Below are positions 1-10,614 of a stretch of 64,000 bases of DNA, in pieces (within the stretch, counting starts at the first letter, position 1; every line of letters begins with the position of its first letter). Below the pieces are notes generated by a model. The model was given only the letters and a program-made list of their open reading frames with translations, did not search any database and was not told the origin of the DNA. Location: positions 62,001 through 126,000 of IMG/VR virus record IMGVR_UViG_3300031251_000001. One strand, 5' to 3'. Both the position numbers and the translations under genes were made by a program.

Positions 1-6
1 CCATTG

Positions 7-1659
7 CTATCTCGATACGGGGATGCTGTTGGTGGCGGTGATGGAGATGTCGTCAATCGACGAGAAGAACTGCACGGTACGGTAGCTGATGCCCTGCAGC
101 GGCAAGTAGGGAATGTCGATCAACGTCGCCGAGTCAAACAGGAGGGTGTTGTCCTGGTTATCGACTAACCGTCCTCGTGCTGAGGCTCGTGCCACTTTAC
201 CGTTCGTGCCGATCACCGAATAGACCGCGTTGATGATGTCGCTGACGTAGAGCTTCCCGATGAAGTTAGTCCGGTTGATTACACGGGCCACAGCGTCCTG
301 GATGGCTCCGTTGTCAAAGAGCGGATCGGTGTCCTGACGGGTGAGCGAGAGATCGACGCTGACCCAGCAGGGGAAGGGAGCCCGCACCAGGCAGTCCGCC
401 CCAGGATGGTCCACCAGCTTGTTGGAAGCATAGCCATCCTGAATAGCGGCGATCCGGCTGATGGCGGAGAGCACGACGTTGTAGGACGCTGTGGCTCCAA
501 TCGCCAAGGCTGTGACATCGGTCGCAGTATCAATGAAGTCGATTGTCGCGGTCTGGTAACGGCTATAGCGGCCATCCACCGGGTTACTGACGTCGGGATC
601 ATCGACGCCAATGTTGACGCCCCGTGAGAGGCTCTGCACTGCGAAGGAGCCGCCCAGGGTCGAGCCGACCGGCAGAATGGAGGCGACCTCGTAGAAGCCG
701 GGCATATCGTCTTTGGTGATGAGGATACGCCAGACACTTTTAGGGGTGCCGTCGCTGGTGGTCAGCTTCTCGGAGAGAACAGCGGTTTTGGTGATCTGTG
801 TTTTGAGGGCTACCTCATCCGTTCGCACATACCAATCGACTCGCCCACCAACTCCCACAGGGATCAGGAAACGACGATCACGTCGCATCTCGGCGTCGCC
901 GGCGCCAATGATGGAATCACAGACGAAATCGGATAGGGTGGTGTCGCCACGCAGCAGGGCACGCATGGCAGGGCGGGAAGCGAAGGAGGGACGGGCTACT
1001 CCAGCTTCCAGCTTGTCAATGAGATCTTCGTTGGTCTCGGAATCAATGCCATTGCGGAAATCGCTGGCGGCGTAAGACGAGGTGAAGCCGGTGGGGACCA
1101 CATTCGGCGTGACGATGGCTCCGGCACGAAGCATGCCGACGCTGCCCGTCTGCGAGCAAACAATGGTGATCGTGAACTCGTAGCTGTCGTTGTCAATTTT
1201 GGTGATCAGCCGATCAGTCGGGGTGGCGATATCACCGGGGTCATTGCGTGCCGAGAAGACGGTGGTCGTAGTGAACTGCAGCGGTCCTGAGAAGAAGATG
1301 CTGCCGACGGGTACGACCAAGGGAGTATCGTTATCGCGGATGATCTTGATCTCACCTTCGGCCGCGACAGCGGGGAGACGGTCGATGCCGAAATTGGCCA
1401 CGATGTCGGTGACCATATCGGGGTCGGCCGCAGCGGGGTCATTCTTGATCAGGGTCAAGCTGCGGTTAGCCAGGACTTCGTTGTAGAGCGTGGTGGTCTG
1501 GGCTGTCAGCAGGGCGTGGATACGCGAGAGCACGTCATACACCGCGCCACGGGAGCTGTCGATCTGCGGATCAAACTCCACGATCTGCCGTACCGTGGAG
1601 TCAGCGAGGTTGGTCACCAGATCAGGTGCCAGCGTCTCAAGAGTGGGAGCTGTGATCAT
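7..1659 (-). CDS. Baseplate wedge protein (baseplate J / gp6-like)
   Basis: 550 aa with J-like motifs (NFGIDR...AEG, VPVGS.F, GSVG, G.D.ETNEDL). Follows the gp25-like gene. Confidence 0.8.
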   Translation of the reverse strand: MITAPTLETLAPDLVTNLADSTVRQIVEFDPQIDSSRGAVYDVLSRIHALLTAQTTTLYNEVLANRSLTLIKNDPAAADPDMVTDIVANFGIDRLPAVAAEGEIKIIRDNDTPLVVPVGSIFFSGPLQFTTTTVFSARNDPGDIATPTDRLITKIDNDSYEFTITIVCSQTGSVGMLRAGAIVTPNVVPTGFTSSYAASDFRNGIDSETNEDLIDKLEAGVARPSFASRPAMRALLRGDTTLSDFVCDSIIGAGDAEMRRDRRFLIPVGVGGRVDWYVRTDEVALKTQITKTAVLSEKLTTSDGTPKSVWRILITKDDMPGFYEVASILPVGSTLGGSFAVQSLSRGVNIGVDDPDVSNPVDGRYSRYQTATIDFIDTATDVTALAIGATASYNVVLSAISRIAAIQDGYASNKLVDHPGADCLVRAPFPCWVSVDLSLTRQDTDPLFDNGAIQDAVARVINRTNFIGKLYVSDIINAVYSVIGTNGKVARASARGRLVDNQDNTLLFDSATLIDIPYLPLQGISYRTVQFFSSIDDISITATNSIPVSR

Positions 1660-2120
1660 GAGGTCCTCGGCAGGGTCGGCAACGTCACTTGGATATCCGG
1701 GCTGTCCCCGGCCAGAGTGGTCAATTTCAGGGAAAGCGTCACGCGACCATCGCCGATGTCGGCACTCAGCAACTCCACGTTGTCGATCTGATCCGTGAGG
1801 GTGTCAGTATCAAGCACCTGGAGAGCGAATTGGCGTCGCAGGTCTATCATAGCAGACGCGAAAGACTGGCTTACGTCAGCGGCGGTGCGGAGACGGCCCT
1901 GCTTGACGTCGGTCATGAAGCGACAGCCGGTGTTGGGCCAGAAGAGCACCGAACCCATCTCGGTGAAGAGCAGGATGATGAAGCGCTGAATCGTCTTCTG
2001 AATACCGGAGATGACGGAGCCCGAGCCGCTGCCTCGAAGATCCACGGTCATCTGGTAAGGGATGCCGGGACGGGCGATGACGTTCTCGATACCGTTGATG
2101 ACCGTCATGTCGTAGGTCAC
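1656..2120 (-). CDS. Baseplate wedge / sheath initiator (gp25-like)
   Basis: 154 aa, SGIQK..QRF...L.TE.GS...P..GC pattern. Directly upstream of baseplate J. Confidence 0.7.
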   Translation of the reverse strand: MTYDMTVINGIENVIARPGIPYQMTVDLRGSGSGSVISGIQKTIQRFIILLFTEMGSVLFWPNTGCRFMTDVKQGRLRTAADVSQSFASAMIDLRRQFALQVLDTDTLTDQIDNVELLSADIGDGRVTLSLKLTTLAGDSPDIQVTLPTLPRTS

Positions 2121-2530
2121 TGCTGGTTTTCTCCTCGACCCTGCTTGAGGACCTGTTGCAGGTAATCAAGCTGGGATTGCAGCGGTCCTTGGGGGTCAGC
2201 CTGGGCGATGTCCCGGCCACGGGCCAGGGCAACACACCTATTCCAAGGATAACAGTGGCGGTGCAGAAACGCACGACGCAGTGAATCCAGCAGATCGACT
2301 TGGAGTGGCCCAGCGGTCATGTCTCCCGAGGTCCCAGGAGCGGAAGGATCGGAGACAGCTTTGGCAGTAGCGACGTTCAGATTGCTGGTATTGAGTGCCT
2401 TGGTGTAGGCGGCGGGATCGAAAACGTCTCCCTGGATGGCCGGCAGCACCCAGTCGTCTGCTTGCAGCTGCGCGCGAAGCGTCTCCATCGCTGTTTTTAG
2501 GTCAGAACTGTAGTCAACATAATCCGCCAT
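2117..2530 (-). CDS. Hypothetical protein
   Basis: 137 aa ORF overlapping both neighbours by 1-4 nt (translational coupling). Confidence 0.7.
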   Translation of the reverse strand: MADYVDYSSDLKTAMETLRAQLQADDWVLPAIQGDVFDPAAYTKALNTSNLNVATAKAVSDPSAPGTSGDMTAGPLQVDLLDSLRRAFLHRHCYPWNRCVALARGRDIAQADPQGPLQSQLDYLQQVLKQGRGENQQ

Positions 2531-3240
2531 TATTTACTCAGGTATTGGACGCGATCGAGCATCTGCTGAATGGAACGACGACGCTGACTGATGTAACCGT
2601 CGCTGACCTTCAGCTTACGGGCCAGCTCCGAGGTGGGAAGCACGCTCTTGCCGTTGATCCCCAGCGTGTGGTCGAGGATGTGGCGGTCCATCTTGCCCAG
2701 GTCGTCTGCTACCAGGTCGATGGTGAGTGAGTGGATTGGTTTGCCGGCTGCCTCGCTGTAGATGCCGTCGTCCCCGAAGGATCCTTCTGACAGGCCGTGG
2801 TGGAAGTTCTGCATCTTGCGGACTTGCGATAAGTTGATGCCCAGGTGGTCGGCGATCTGCGAGTCGTTGGGCTCGTAGCCGTGCTCCTCCTGGAGACTGC
2901 GGGTGGCACCCATGATGGCACCGTGCAGTTGAGCGGCTCGTTCCGGGACGCGGATCAGATCGGTTTGTTTCTTGTTCTGCCGCTTGAGGCCTTGCAAGGT
3001 GTTGATGACGTGTGTGCCCAGGGCTGCCTGCTTGGGGTCGTAGTTGTCGAGGCTGCGCAGAGCCATCAGACGGGCCTGGCCCTGGAGGAGGGGGTTGTTC
3101 TGCCCAGGGACGTGGATATTGATTGCTTTGTCGATGGAGGGCTGCAAAGCGGTGAGCATCGCCTTGTTGGTGGTCGGTGACTTACCGGCCTTCCAGGCGG
3201 TATAGGGCTCGGTCAGCTCCTTTTCGAGTTTACTGGCCAT
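2530..3240 (-). CDS. RNA polymerase sigma factor (sigma70 family, group 3-like)
   Basis: Region-2-like 'LRSLDNYDPKQAALGTHV' and 'LIRVPER'; region-3 'HGYEPNDSQIADHLGI'; region-4 HTH 'SELARKLKVSDGYISQ'. Confidence 0.8.
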   Translation of the reverse strand: MASKLEKELTEPYTAWKAGKSPTTNKAMLTALQPSIDKAINIHVPGQNNPLLQGQARLMALRSLDNYDPKQAALGTHVINTLQGLKRQNKKQTDLIRVPERAAQLHGAIMGATRSLQEEHGYEPNDSQIADHLGINLSQVRKMQNFHHGLSEGSFGDDGIYSEAAGKPIHSLTIDLVADDLGKMDRHILDHTLGINGKSVLPTSELARKLKVSDGYISQRRRSIQQMLDRVQYLSK

Positions 3241-4934
3241 TAGGTGTAACTCCTGAACTCAGACAGCAGCGGAGCTCCGTGTAATCCGGCACCGAAGACG
3301 GAGGCACTGGTGAAGAGCGGGTGCTTGCTGATCCCAAAGCGAGCATCAGCATAATCCGACTCGCTGCGCATGTTGGTGAGCATGATCGAGGTACCTGCTG
3401 CCGGCCCTTCAGCACTGAGGTAGTGGCTGACGCGAGCTACCATACCATACTCGTTGGTAGCCAGGGTGTCAGTACCATTCAGCTTGCGACCCATCACTTG
3501 CACGATGGATCCGGGAGCGATATCGAAACGGTGCTTGAGGGCGTAACTGCCGCCGCTGTCAGCCAGGTTGTTCGAGATATAGGCGAACTGAGCGTATTGC
3601 TTGTAGGCGTCACGGATGTCGCCGATGCCCGGTGCGGGGCTGCTATTAGCTTGGTTCTTCCCCGTGTCACTCGGCCCGACTTCGTTGTTGCGGAAGTTGT
3701 CGAGGTTGCTTTTGCCGCTCAGGACGTTGGCGTAGTTGCTGAGCCACATCGGTGCCGGGATGAACTGGTAGACCCCTTCACCAGGAAGGATGGAGCCGGC
3801 AATAAAGCAGCCGCCGACCAGCTGCGGGTTGGCGATCGTCGCTTCTTTCCCGACTCCCGTGGGAGATTCCAACATGGAATAAACGGCCACACCCCGCAGG
3901 GGGTAGGTAAATCGCTTGGTAGAGTCACCGCTCTCGTAGTCGCTGGTCGGGATGCTTCGCCACACCTTCTGGTTGTAGAGCGGGTTGAGGGCTACCACGA
4001 TGGCCCGGTTGACCATGGGCACGATGGCCAGGCCGAACATCGGGAGGATCTCCCCGACCAGCTTGTCCCAGATGGTAAAGTTTGCAAGGCTCCGGATGGA
4101 GGCACTGGCGATGGTGTCGCGGATGGCGATCTGGGCGGCGGTTAGGGCAGGGTCGATTTGGATGGGACAGCCGTAATCATAGGCTAGATCGGTGGTCTCC
4201 CCTGGTCCTTCAATGCGACGGAGGGCCTCCAGGGCCACGTCGTTCTTGAGGGGGTTATCCAGGGAGAATTGAAGGCACTGGGCTGTAATGTTTACACTGA
4301 CCGTTGAAGTATTTGCAATTTTGGAAAAGAGCTTCTTAATCGCTCCCCACAGGTCCACCGTGATGTCGGAGGCCATGAAGTTGGAAAGGGGGATATGACC
4401 CACTAGGCCGTACTGATCCTGGCTGGTGGTACCGCCGGTAGCGACCGCCAGGGCTTTGGCAGAAAACTGCCAAGGGTTGCCGGCGTGGGAGATGGAGGAG
4501 ATCGCCGAGCTGAAGGTCAGCTGCAGGAGCCAGTGACGCAGGAAGACAATGACGGAGACCTTGCCGTCTTCCGACGTGTGGTGGCCATAGCCCTCAAAGT
4601 AGCCGTCGAACACTTTGAGTCGCCCGTTGGGCCAGGTCTTGCCCGTAGCGTCCCAACCTCCGGATGCGGTCTCGTAGACACGGGCCTTATAGAGCCTGCG
4701 CAACTTCGAGGCGCTGGCGTGGATTGTCGCCAGGTTTCCTGCAGCGTCGCCATTGAGGGCCATCCCGACCGCCACAGTCACTTCCGCTGTGGGGATCTCG
4801 TTGAGTCCGAAAGAAGAAGTATACTGCGCGAAGTTGTAGACGTACGTGGTCCCGTTGACGTCGATCTCCAGCTCACCGGCTTTATCGTCGGTGAACGAGA
4901 GCACTACCAGTTTGGCTTGAGGATCAAGCGGCAT
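3240..4934 (-). CDS. Putative baseplate hub protein
   Basis: ~564 aa from ATG 4934, which overlaps the upstream stop. Contains 'KVFDGYF' and a C-terminal 'G...RVSH' pattern like hub proteins; sits between tape measure and wedge genes. Confidence 0.55.
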   Translation of the reverse strand: MPLDPQAKLVVLSFTDDKAGELEIDVNGTTYVYNFAQYTSSFGLNEIPTAEVTVAVGMALNGDAAGNLATIHASASKLRRLYKARVYETASGGWDATGKTWPNGRLKVFDGYFEGYGHHTSEDGKVSVIVFLRHWLLQLTFSSAISSISHAGNPWQFSAKALAVATGGTTSQDQYGLVGHIPLSNFMASDITVDLWGAIKKLFSKIANTSTVSVNITAQCLQFSLDNPLKNDVALEALRRIEGPGETTDLAYDYGCPIQIDPALTAAQIAIRDTIASASIRSLANFTIWDKLVGEILPMFGLAIVPMVNRAIVVALNPLYNQKVWRSIPTSDYESGDSTKRFTYPLRGVAVYSMLESPTGVGKEATIANPQLVGGCFIAGSILPGEGVYQFIPAPMWLSNYANVLSGKSNLDNFRNNEVGPSDTGKNQANSSPAPGIGDIRDAYKQYAQFAYISNNLADSGGSYALKHRFDIAPGSIVQVMGRKLNGTDTLATNEYGMVARVSHYLSAEGPAAGTSIMLTNMRSESDYADARFGISKHPLFTSASVFGAGLHGAPLLSEFRSYT

Positions 4935-5698
4935 CAGGACCTCGATCGGGCGTAGTTGACCAGAGCCATGACGATGCCACACAACCGAGCCTGCGTGTCT
5001 CGACTGCGGTACCAGAGGTTAGTCGAGGTGATGGACTGCATGTCAGTGCCGGCGTTCACCAAAGCACTGATGGTCCCGAAATCGACCTTATCCATGATCT
5101 CCAGTTCGATTTGACCCAAGCTCCAACCCGGTTCACGGGGAACGAGGATGTCAGCGGATTGACCGTTGCTGGGTACGGCATTGAAGACGACGTTCAGGCC
5201 GGTGTTACCCAGGGCAATCGGGTTGCTGACGCCGTTGCTAAAAGTGTAGGGAATGTTGGCGATAGTGACTGAGCGACGGAGGATGGTAGCAGTGCCGAGG
5301 TTATTGATCCGAACGGTATAGAGATCATTGCAGACCCCCTCAGCGTCGTTGGGGGTCACGATGCCGGAGAGCAGGATTCCCAGCGTGGAGTTGCTGATGA
5401 CCTCCTTGCTCCAGTTGACCTGGGTGCCGGGCCAGATCCACGGGTCGTAGGTTGTGCGGCGATCGACCGCTGTAACGGCCTCGGCCCACTTGCTGGCATG
5501 CAGGAGGCGGAGGAACTGGAAACAGCGATAGTTGACCATGAGCCGGTCGGGGTTGGTGCCGAACAGTACATTACGGATGGTCAATTCAAATCGATCCAAG
5601 GTACGTGGTGTATAGTCCGGCGGTACGAAGACTTCACCAGGATCGAAGTCTTGGGTCGGTGTCAGGTTGGCGAGCAGGCAGCGAAAATCGTTGACCAT
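4934..5698 (-). CDS. Hypothetical tail/baseplate protein
   Basis: 254 aa coupled ORF in the tail module. Confidence 0.6.
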   Translation of the reverse strand: MVNDFRCLLANLTPTQDFDPGEVFVPPDYTPRTLDRFELTIRNVLFGTNPDRLMVNYRCFQFLRLLHASKWAEAVTAVDRRTTYDPWIWPGTQVNWSKEVISNSTLGILLSGIVTPNDAEGVCNDLYTVRINNLGTATILRRSVTIANIPYTFSNGVSNPIALGNTGLNVVFNAVPSNGQSADILVPREPGWSLGQIELEIMDKVDFGTISALVNAGTDMQSITSTNLWYRSRDTQARLCGIVMALVNYARSRS

Positions 5699-6165
5699 TA
5701 TCTCTTCTCCGGGATGGAAATGAGTTCGGCGGTCCAGTTCACCACGCCCGACTCGGCGTCGGCGATGTCGAACGGGAAACCGACAAGCAGCGCGTCAAAG
5801 CCGTGCTGCCCGATCATGATGCGGATGAGGCGTTGATAGTTGGAGGCACGAAAATCCGAGTACCACTGGAGAGCCAGTTCGATACCGTGCTGGGTGTTGT
5901 TGTCGCAGCCGCGAGCCGCCGACAGGCCCGAGATCGTCAGCGGGCTGGACCGGTCTCCGAAGATATTGGCATAGACGGTGTTACCCACCGTGTGCATGAG
6001 CTGGAAGTTGACCTTGGGCTGTCCGTTGAGTCGGGTGACGATGGAGCGATGTTCTTGGAACGTGATGGGGTTGTCCATCTTGAGCGGAATGAGGCTGCCG
6101 TCAACGAAGGAATCGTTGAACTGCACAATGCGTCCCGGTCCGCTAGGGAAGAAAGCCGTCGCCAT
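5698..6165 (-). CDS. Putative tail tube initiator / baseplate protein
   Basis: 155 aa, immediately after the tape measure gene, with a tube-like beta pattern (VYANIFGDR...LTISG). Confidence 0.5.
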   Translation of the reverse strand: MATAFFPSGPGRIVQFNDSFVDGSLIPLKMDNPITFQEHRSIVTRLNGQPKVNFQLMHTVGNTVYANIFGDRSSPLTISGLSAARGCDNNTQHGIELALQWYSDFRASNYQRLIRIMIGQHGFDALLVGFPFDIADAESGVVNWTAELISIPEKR

Positions 6166-6174
6166 GCCTGCCTC

Positions 6175-9100
6175 TTAGACGTTGCTCAATTGACCACTGG
6201 TCTTAGTATCCATCGTAATCGAACCGCCCTCCAGGCGGACGGAGCCGGTCAGTTTCAGTGTGCTAGGCCACTTGTCCTTGCCCTGACCCTGGCTCGTCTT
6301 GGCTTGCTCCCGCTGCTCTTCTGTGGTACGGGCTGACTCGAAATCGGTGAGCATCTGTCCGGTGTCGAGTTCGCCGCCACGGAGTCTGCCTTTGAACCGA
6401 TCAGCACGGCGCTTGAAGGCGGTAAAGTCTTCGTCTTTGGTAAGGCCGTAGGTCTTGCGGAACTCCTTAGTGTGGTAATCCGAACCTGATACTTTGTTGT
6501 ACTCGGAGAGGAGCATCGGAATGGGAGCACTGGACAGTTGACGGGCCTTGACCTTATCAGCGTCGGTGCCGCTTTCCATCAGGGCCTGCCCAGCTGCAGC
6601 CACTGCTGCCAGGCTGCGGGCATCCTGGAGACGACCCGACAGGGTATGGCCACCGCCACGGCCGGCAGCATCGGCGATCTCCTGACGCCGTGTCTCGTTG
6701 GCGTCTGATCCGAATAGCTTGAGATAGGAGTCGACCTGCCCGCGGATGTTACCTTGGCCGAGGGACTCTTCCTCGAACTTCTCGCCCAGGCGGTCACGAA
6801 TCTTCTTGAGTCCGGCAACGTCACTTTCGGTGACGCCCATTCCCACACCTTTAAGGTAACGGTCGCGAATCGATGACATGTCGTCGTCAGACTTCATGTT
6901 CTTGATCAACGTGTCACGGGTGACACCCTTTTCCTTAGCTGCGGCATCGAGCGACTTGCCGGCGTTAAGGAAGTCCTCAGCTTCGTTGATGCTGCCGCCC
7001 AGGGCACGATACTTAGGTAGCAGCTTGGCCAAGGAGTCAGCGTCTTTGTCGTTCCCGAAGAGAGAAGCGATCTCGGCCTGATCGGCCTTGGCCTGGGCAG
7101 CTGTTCCTTCGGTAACAGACATCCCGCGCATGCCCTGCTTGGCGTAATTACCGAGTTCAGCGTTAATCGCAGCCAGACGACGAGAGGCGTCCCGCTCAGT
7201 TCTCGCGTTACCCGACTTGCTGAGGTCGAGAGTGCTGACGCCGGCCTGGGCACGAGCTGCATCACCGTCAAAGTAAGAATCAGTGAGGTTCTGCTTCTCT
7301 GCCAGGAGAGCGTTGATCTTCTGGGCTGCCTCCAGGGTAGCTACTGAGCCTTGACCCTGTTTGCCCATCGCGATGATCCGGCTGGCGTTACCGCTCAGCA
7401 TCTGATTGAGATCGCTGTCTTCGTCCTGGACGGCATAGTAGTCTGCAGAACCTTTGAAGTAGTTGAAGCCAGTGTCGCGTGCCTTCTGCCGTTCGCCCAT
7501 GGCACCGGCGTAGCCTTCTTTCGTGATGCCGCCGTGCTTATTGATCTCCGCCATGGTGGGATCGTAGAAGGCATCCAGTCGCTTCTGGATGGCCTTGTTG
7601 ACATCACCATAGTAACCCATGCTCATGGATCGCTTGGAACCGATCTCCGCCTCGGTCAGGCCCAGTCGATCAGCTCGGCGACTAGCGTTGAGTACCGCTT
7701 CGATCTGGACGTGCGACATGCTGGGATTGGCAGCGGCGTACTGTTCAATCTCCTGCCGGCTGGCACGCGGGTTGACCCGCTCGCGGTCCCGGTTAGCCAG
7801 AACACGACCAAACTTGGAAAGGGTGCCTTCGTCCATGTCGAGCTTGCCGGCGTTCAGCTGCTGCTGAGCTTCGGTGATCTGCTGCGCGCTGGGCGATCGT
7901 CCTTGTATCTCTTCGCGGATGTACTTAGCTTTGATGACCGCATCACTGGCGGTGGGGTTGGCTGCTTTGATTTTCTTGGAGTACCAGTCAGGGACGCTGC
8001 CGGCGTCGGCAGCGGCCAGGTTCTTGGTCTTGATGTAGAGCATGGCGTCTTCGGTGGTGGCTTTCCCTTTGATACGCTCAATTGCAGCTGAGCCTTGAGC
8101 AGCCGTGACCTGAGTGCTAAAGTTACCCCCGATTCCAGCCAGATCGGAGCGAGTAGTATCAGAAGCAAGACGCATGCGATTAACATCATTGATGTCCTTA
8201 CTGGTGAAGCCGTTTTCGTTGTAGAGACCTTCTTTGGTGGCGAGTGCAACAAATTGATCGGCTGTAGCCTTCATGCCAAGTTCATGGGCTTCCAGTTCCT
8301 TCGTTAGCCGTTCCCGCTCAGCAGGATCGGTGACCTTGTCGATCGCTGCCTGCTTCTCAGCGAAACCGCGACGGGCCTTCTCGATGTCAGTGACCAGGCC
8401 GGTGAGCTTGCTGCTCACTTCCTTGGTCGGCACACCGAGCACACCGGCGACGACTTGGCTGATGCCGGCAGTATCAGTCAGTTTGACGTCCTGCAGGGAG
8501 CTGACCACGCGCATGAGCAGACCGCCACCCTTGTTGAGGGAGCGTAGCGATTCGCGAGCACGGCTGTCGAAGGAAGCCTGTTGGTTAAGACGGGCTTCGG
8601 CCTTGAATCGGTTGGGGCTGGTGAACGACATGGCGTTAGCGAAGTTCTGGAACTGACCGAATTGGCTGTTGCGGGTCATCTCATCCAGATGACCTGGTAG
8701 CGTCAGGGACAGCTCACGTTCAATCTTGGCCTTCTCCGTGGCGGGCAGCTTGTTGTACTCGGAATCGGCACTCAGGTGACGTTTGACGATCGCCTGGACC
8801 TTCTGGGGATCCTGCATCTCGGAGGGCTGCAGACGGCCCAAGTCACTGATGATGCCCTGGCTGGCTTTGTCAGCAATGGAGCTGGCGGCACCGTCGCTAA
8901 CCCGCTGACCCAGGCTCATACGGACAATGGCACCGGTCTGGGCTGCCGCCATGGTTCGCAGTTCATCGCCCTGGGCCGGCATGACCGATTTACCCAAGTC
9001 GTACTTGTTGATGGTCGCCTGGAGGGCGTAGTCTTGTCGCATCACCTGCTGAGCGGCAGACTGGGTCAGGCCCGCTCGTTGCATGAGGTTGGTGGTCGAC

Positions 9101-10575
9101 ATATTGTCGAAGCTCAAGTTCCTCGACTTGCCGGTGGCAGGGTCGATGAAGGAGCCTTGGCCGGCCTTGGCGGCGGTCACAATGGCTTTGAGTGTGGGAT
9201 CCTTGGCACCGGCTGGATCAGTCTCGTAGGCACGCACAATGGCAGCCAGGTTCTTGGCTGACTGGCTGGCGGAGGCGGTCAGGTAGGAGTTGGCACCCGC
9301 CTGGGTGAACTCGTTGACGTTCATGGCTCCGAAGTAGTTCTGTTGTCCCAGGCCCATGTTGCGATAGGCACCGTTGGCGAGCATACCCTGTTGAGCTGCT
9401 CCCATCGCGAAGGAGGGATCCAGGCCCAGGCGGGCAGCAACGTCGGCTCCGTGCCGCTGGAGGGCCAGGACGTTCTCAATCGGCATGCCGACCCGTTTGC
9501 TGATGGCATAGGTCTGGCCGATCATCTGTGACACCCGAGAGGCTCCCATGCGGTTCATGGAGCCCATGCTCATTTCCTCGAGCGCGGAGAAGATCTTCTG
9601 CATCGGGGCGTTGTGCTCGCCGTTGTCGCCCATGATGTCTTTGATCGCGTCGATGGCTTTGCTGTAACCTTCGAGGGTCTGTTTGACCTTAACGCTATCG
9701 AAGGCCCGCAGCTTGTTGGCCACCTGGTCATCACCCAGGAGCTTGTCGACATCTTTGACGCTGAGGCTGCTGACACCACCCGACATGGATACATTCTGCC
9801 TCTTGGCTGCACTGGCCAGCATGCTGGGGTCGAGGGACATCATGGTGTTCATGGGATTGCCGCCCATCGTGGTCATACCGCGGCTCTGCAGTTGTCCGTA
9901 CATGTCGCCCAGCTGGCCGGCAGTCATGGAGCCAAAGCGGGACGGCTGCCTCATCGCCGTCTGGTAGATGTCGCGAGTCATGGCGTTGACGCTTTGAGTC
10001 GAGAGGCCGAACTGACCGCTTACAGGGTCAATTTGGTACCGTCCTGTGTCAAAAAGGCGTCGAGAGAGGACGGCTGCTGACCCCGCCATCCCGCCCATCG
10101 ACTCCAGGAAGGCAGCTCCCTGCTGGGTTTCGGCCAGGAACGGTGACATGGAAGTCAGGCCGCGGGTAACACTGCGGGAGAATTGTCGTTGACCAGCGTC
10201 GAAGGGCTCACCGCCGGCACGGAACAAACCACGCATGGTTCGCATCTGGTTTTCCTGGTCCAGGGCGGCGGACATGGATGTCGCTTGCCGGCTGGCGAAC
10301 AGGAGCTGGCGGTTCCTCATCTGGTCATAGAGGTTCTGGTCGTGACCGTAGCCAGTCATGGCGATCTGTTGCCCACGCATCAGCTGATGAGCGATAAACG
10401 GCATGGTCATGCGACCGATAAGGTTCCCGGTGAAGGGAAGGTTCTCGGTGCCGAAGCGGGGCATGTAGGGCTGGGGAGACGCAACCGGGGCGTAACCTGG
10501 TCCGTAGTTGTTGCCGAAGTTGGACTGGGGGAACGCTGTTTGCCCCAGCATTCCGTAGTAAAGTTGCGGATCCAT
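6175..10575 (-). CDS. Tape measure protein
   Basis: ~1466 aa, helical and Ala/Gln/Met/Gly-rich, following two chaperone-like genes. Start moved to ATG 10575 because AGGAG lies 6 nt upstream. Confidence 0.75.
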   Translation of the reverse strand: MDPQLYYGMLGQTAFPQSNFGNNYGPGYAPVASPQPYMPRFGTENLPFTGNLIGRMTMPFIAHQLMRGQQIAMTGYGHDQNLYDQMRNRQLLFASRQATSMSAALDQENQMRTMRGLFRAGGEPFDAGQRQFSRSVTRGLTSMSPFLAETQQGAAFLESMGGMAGSAAVLSRRLFDTGRYQIDPVSGQFGLSTQSVNAMTRDIYQTAMRQPSRFGSMTAGQLGDMYGQLQSRGMTTMGGNPMNTMMSLDPSMLASAAKRQNVSMSGGVSSLSVKDVDKLLGDDQVANKLRAFDSVKVKQTLEGYSKAIDAIKDIMGDNGEHNAPMQKIFSALEEMSMGSMNRMGASRVSQMIGQTYAISKRVGMPIENVLALQRHGADVAARLGLDPSFAMGAAQQGMLANGAYRNMGLGQQNYFGAMNVNEFTQAGANSYLTASASQSAKNLAAIVRAYETDPAGAKDPTLKAIVTAAKAGQGSFIDPATGKSRNLSFDNMSTTNLMQRAGLTQSAAQQVMRQDYALQATINKYDLGKSVMPAQGDELRTMAAAQTGAIVRMSLGQRVSDGAASSIADKASQGIISDLGRLQPSEMQDPQKVQAIVKRHLSADSEYNKLPATEKAKIERELSLTLPGHLDEMTRNSQFGQFQNFANAMSFTSPNRFKAEARLNQQASFDSRARESLRSLNKGGGLLMRVVSSLQDVKLTDTAGISQVVAGVLGVPTKEVSSKLTGLVTDIEKARRGFAEKQAAIDKVTDPAERERLTKELEAHELGMKATADQFVALATKEGLYNENGFTSKDINDVNRMRLASDTTRSDLAGIGGNFSTQVTAAQGSAAIERIKGKATTEDAMLYIKTKNLAAADAGSVPDWYSKKIKAANPTASDAVIKAKYIREEIQGRSPSAQQITEAQQQLNAGKLDMDEGTLSKFGRVLANRDRERVNPRASRQEIEQYAAANPSMSHVQIEAVLNASRRADRLGLTEAEIGSKRSMSMGYYGDVNKAIQKRLDAFYDPTMAEINKHGGITKEGYAGAMGERQKARDTGFNYFKGSADYYAVQDEDSDLNQMLSGNASRIIAMGKQGQGSVATLEAAQKINALLAEKQNLTDSYFDGDAARAQAGVSTLDLSKSGNARTERDASRRLAAINAELGNYAKQGMRGMSVTEGTAAQAKADQAEIASLFGNDKDADSLAKLLPKYRALGGSINEAEDFLNAGKSLDAAAKEKGVTRDTLIKNMKSDDDMSSIRDRYLKGVGMGVTESDVAGLKKIRDRLGEKFEEESLGQGNIRGQVDSYLKLFGSDANETRRQEIADAAGRGGGHTLSGRLQDARSLAAVAAAGQALMESGTDADKVKARQLSSAPIPMLLSEYNKVSGSDYHTKEFRKTYGLTKDEDFTAFKRRADRFKGRLRGGELDTGQMLTDFESARTTEEQREQAKTSQGQGKDKWPSTLKLTGSVRLEGGSITMDTKTSGQLSNV

Positions 10576-10595
10576 CCATGGCTCCTGGGCATGAC

Positions 10596-10613
10596 CCAAA
10601 ATACGTATTTTGG
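10596..10613. repeat. Dispersed perfect palindrome CCAAAATACGTATTTTGG, copy 1
   Basis: 18-bp perfect inverted repeat between the chaperone stop codon and the tape measure RBS. Confidence 0.95.
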
Positions 10614-10614
10614 A

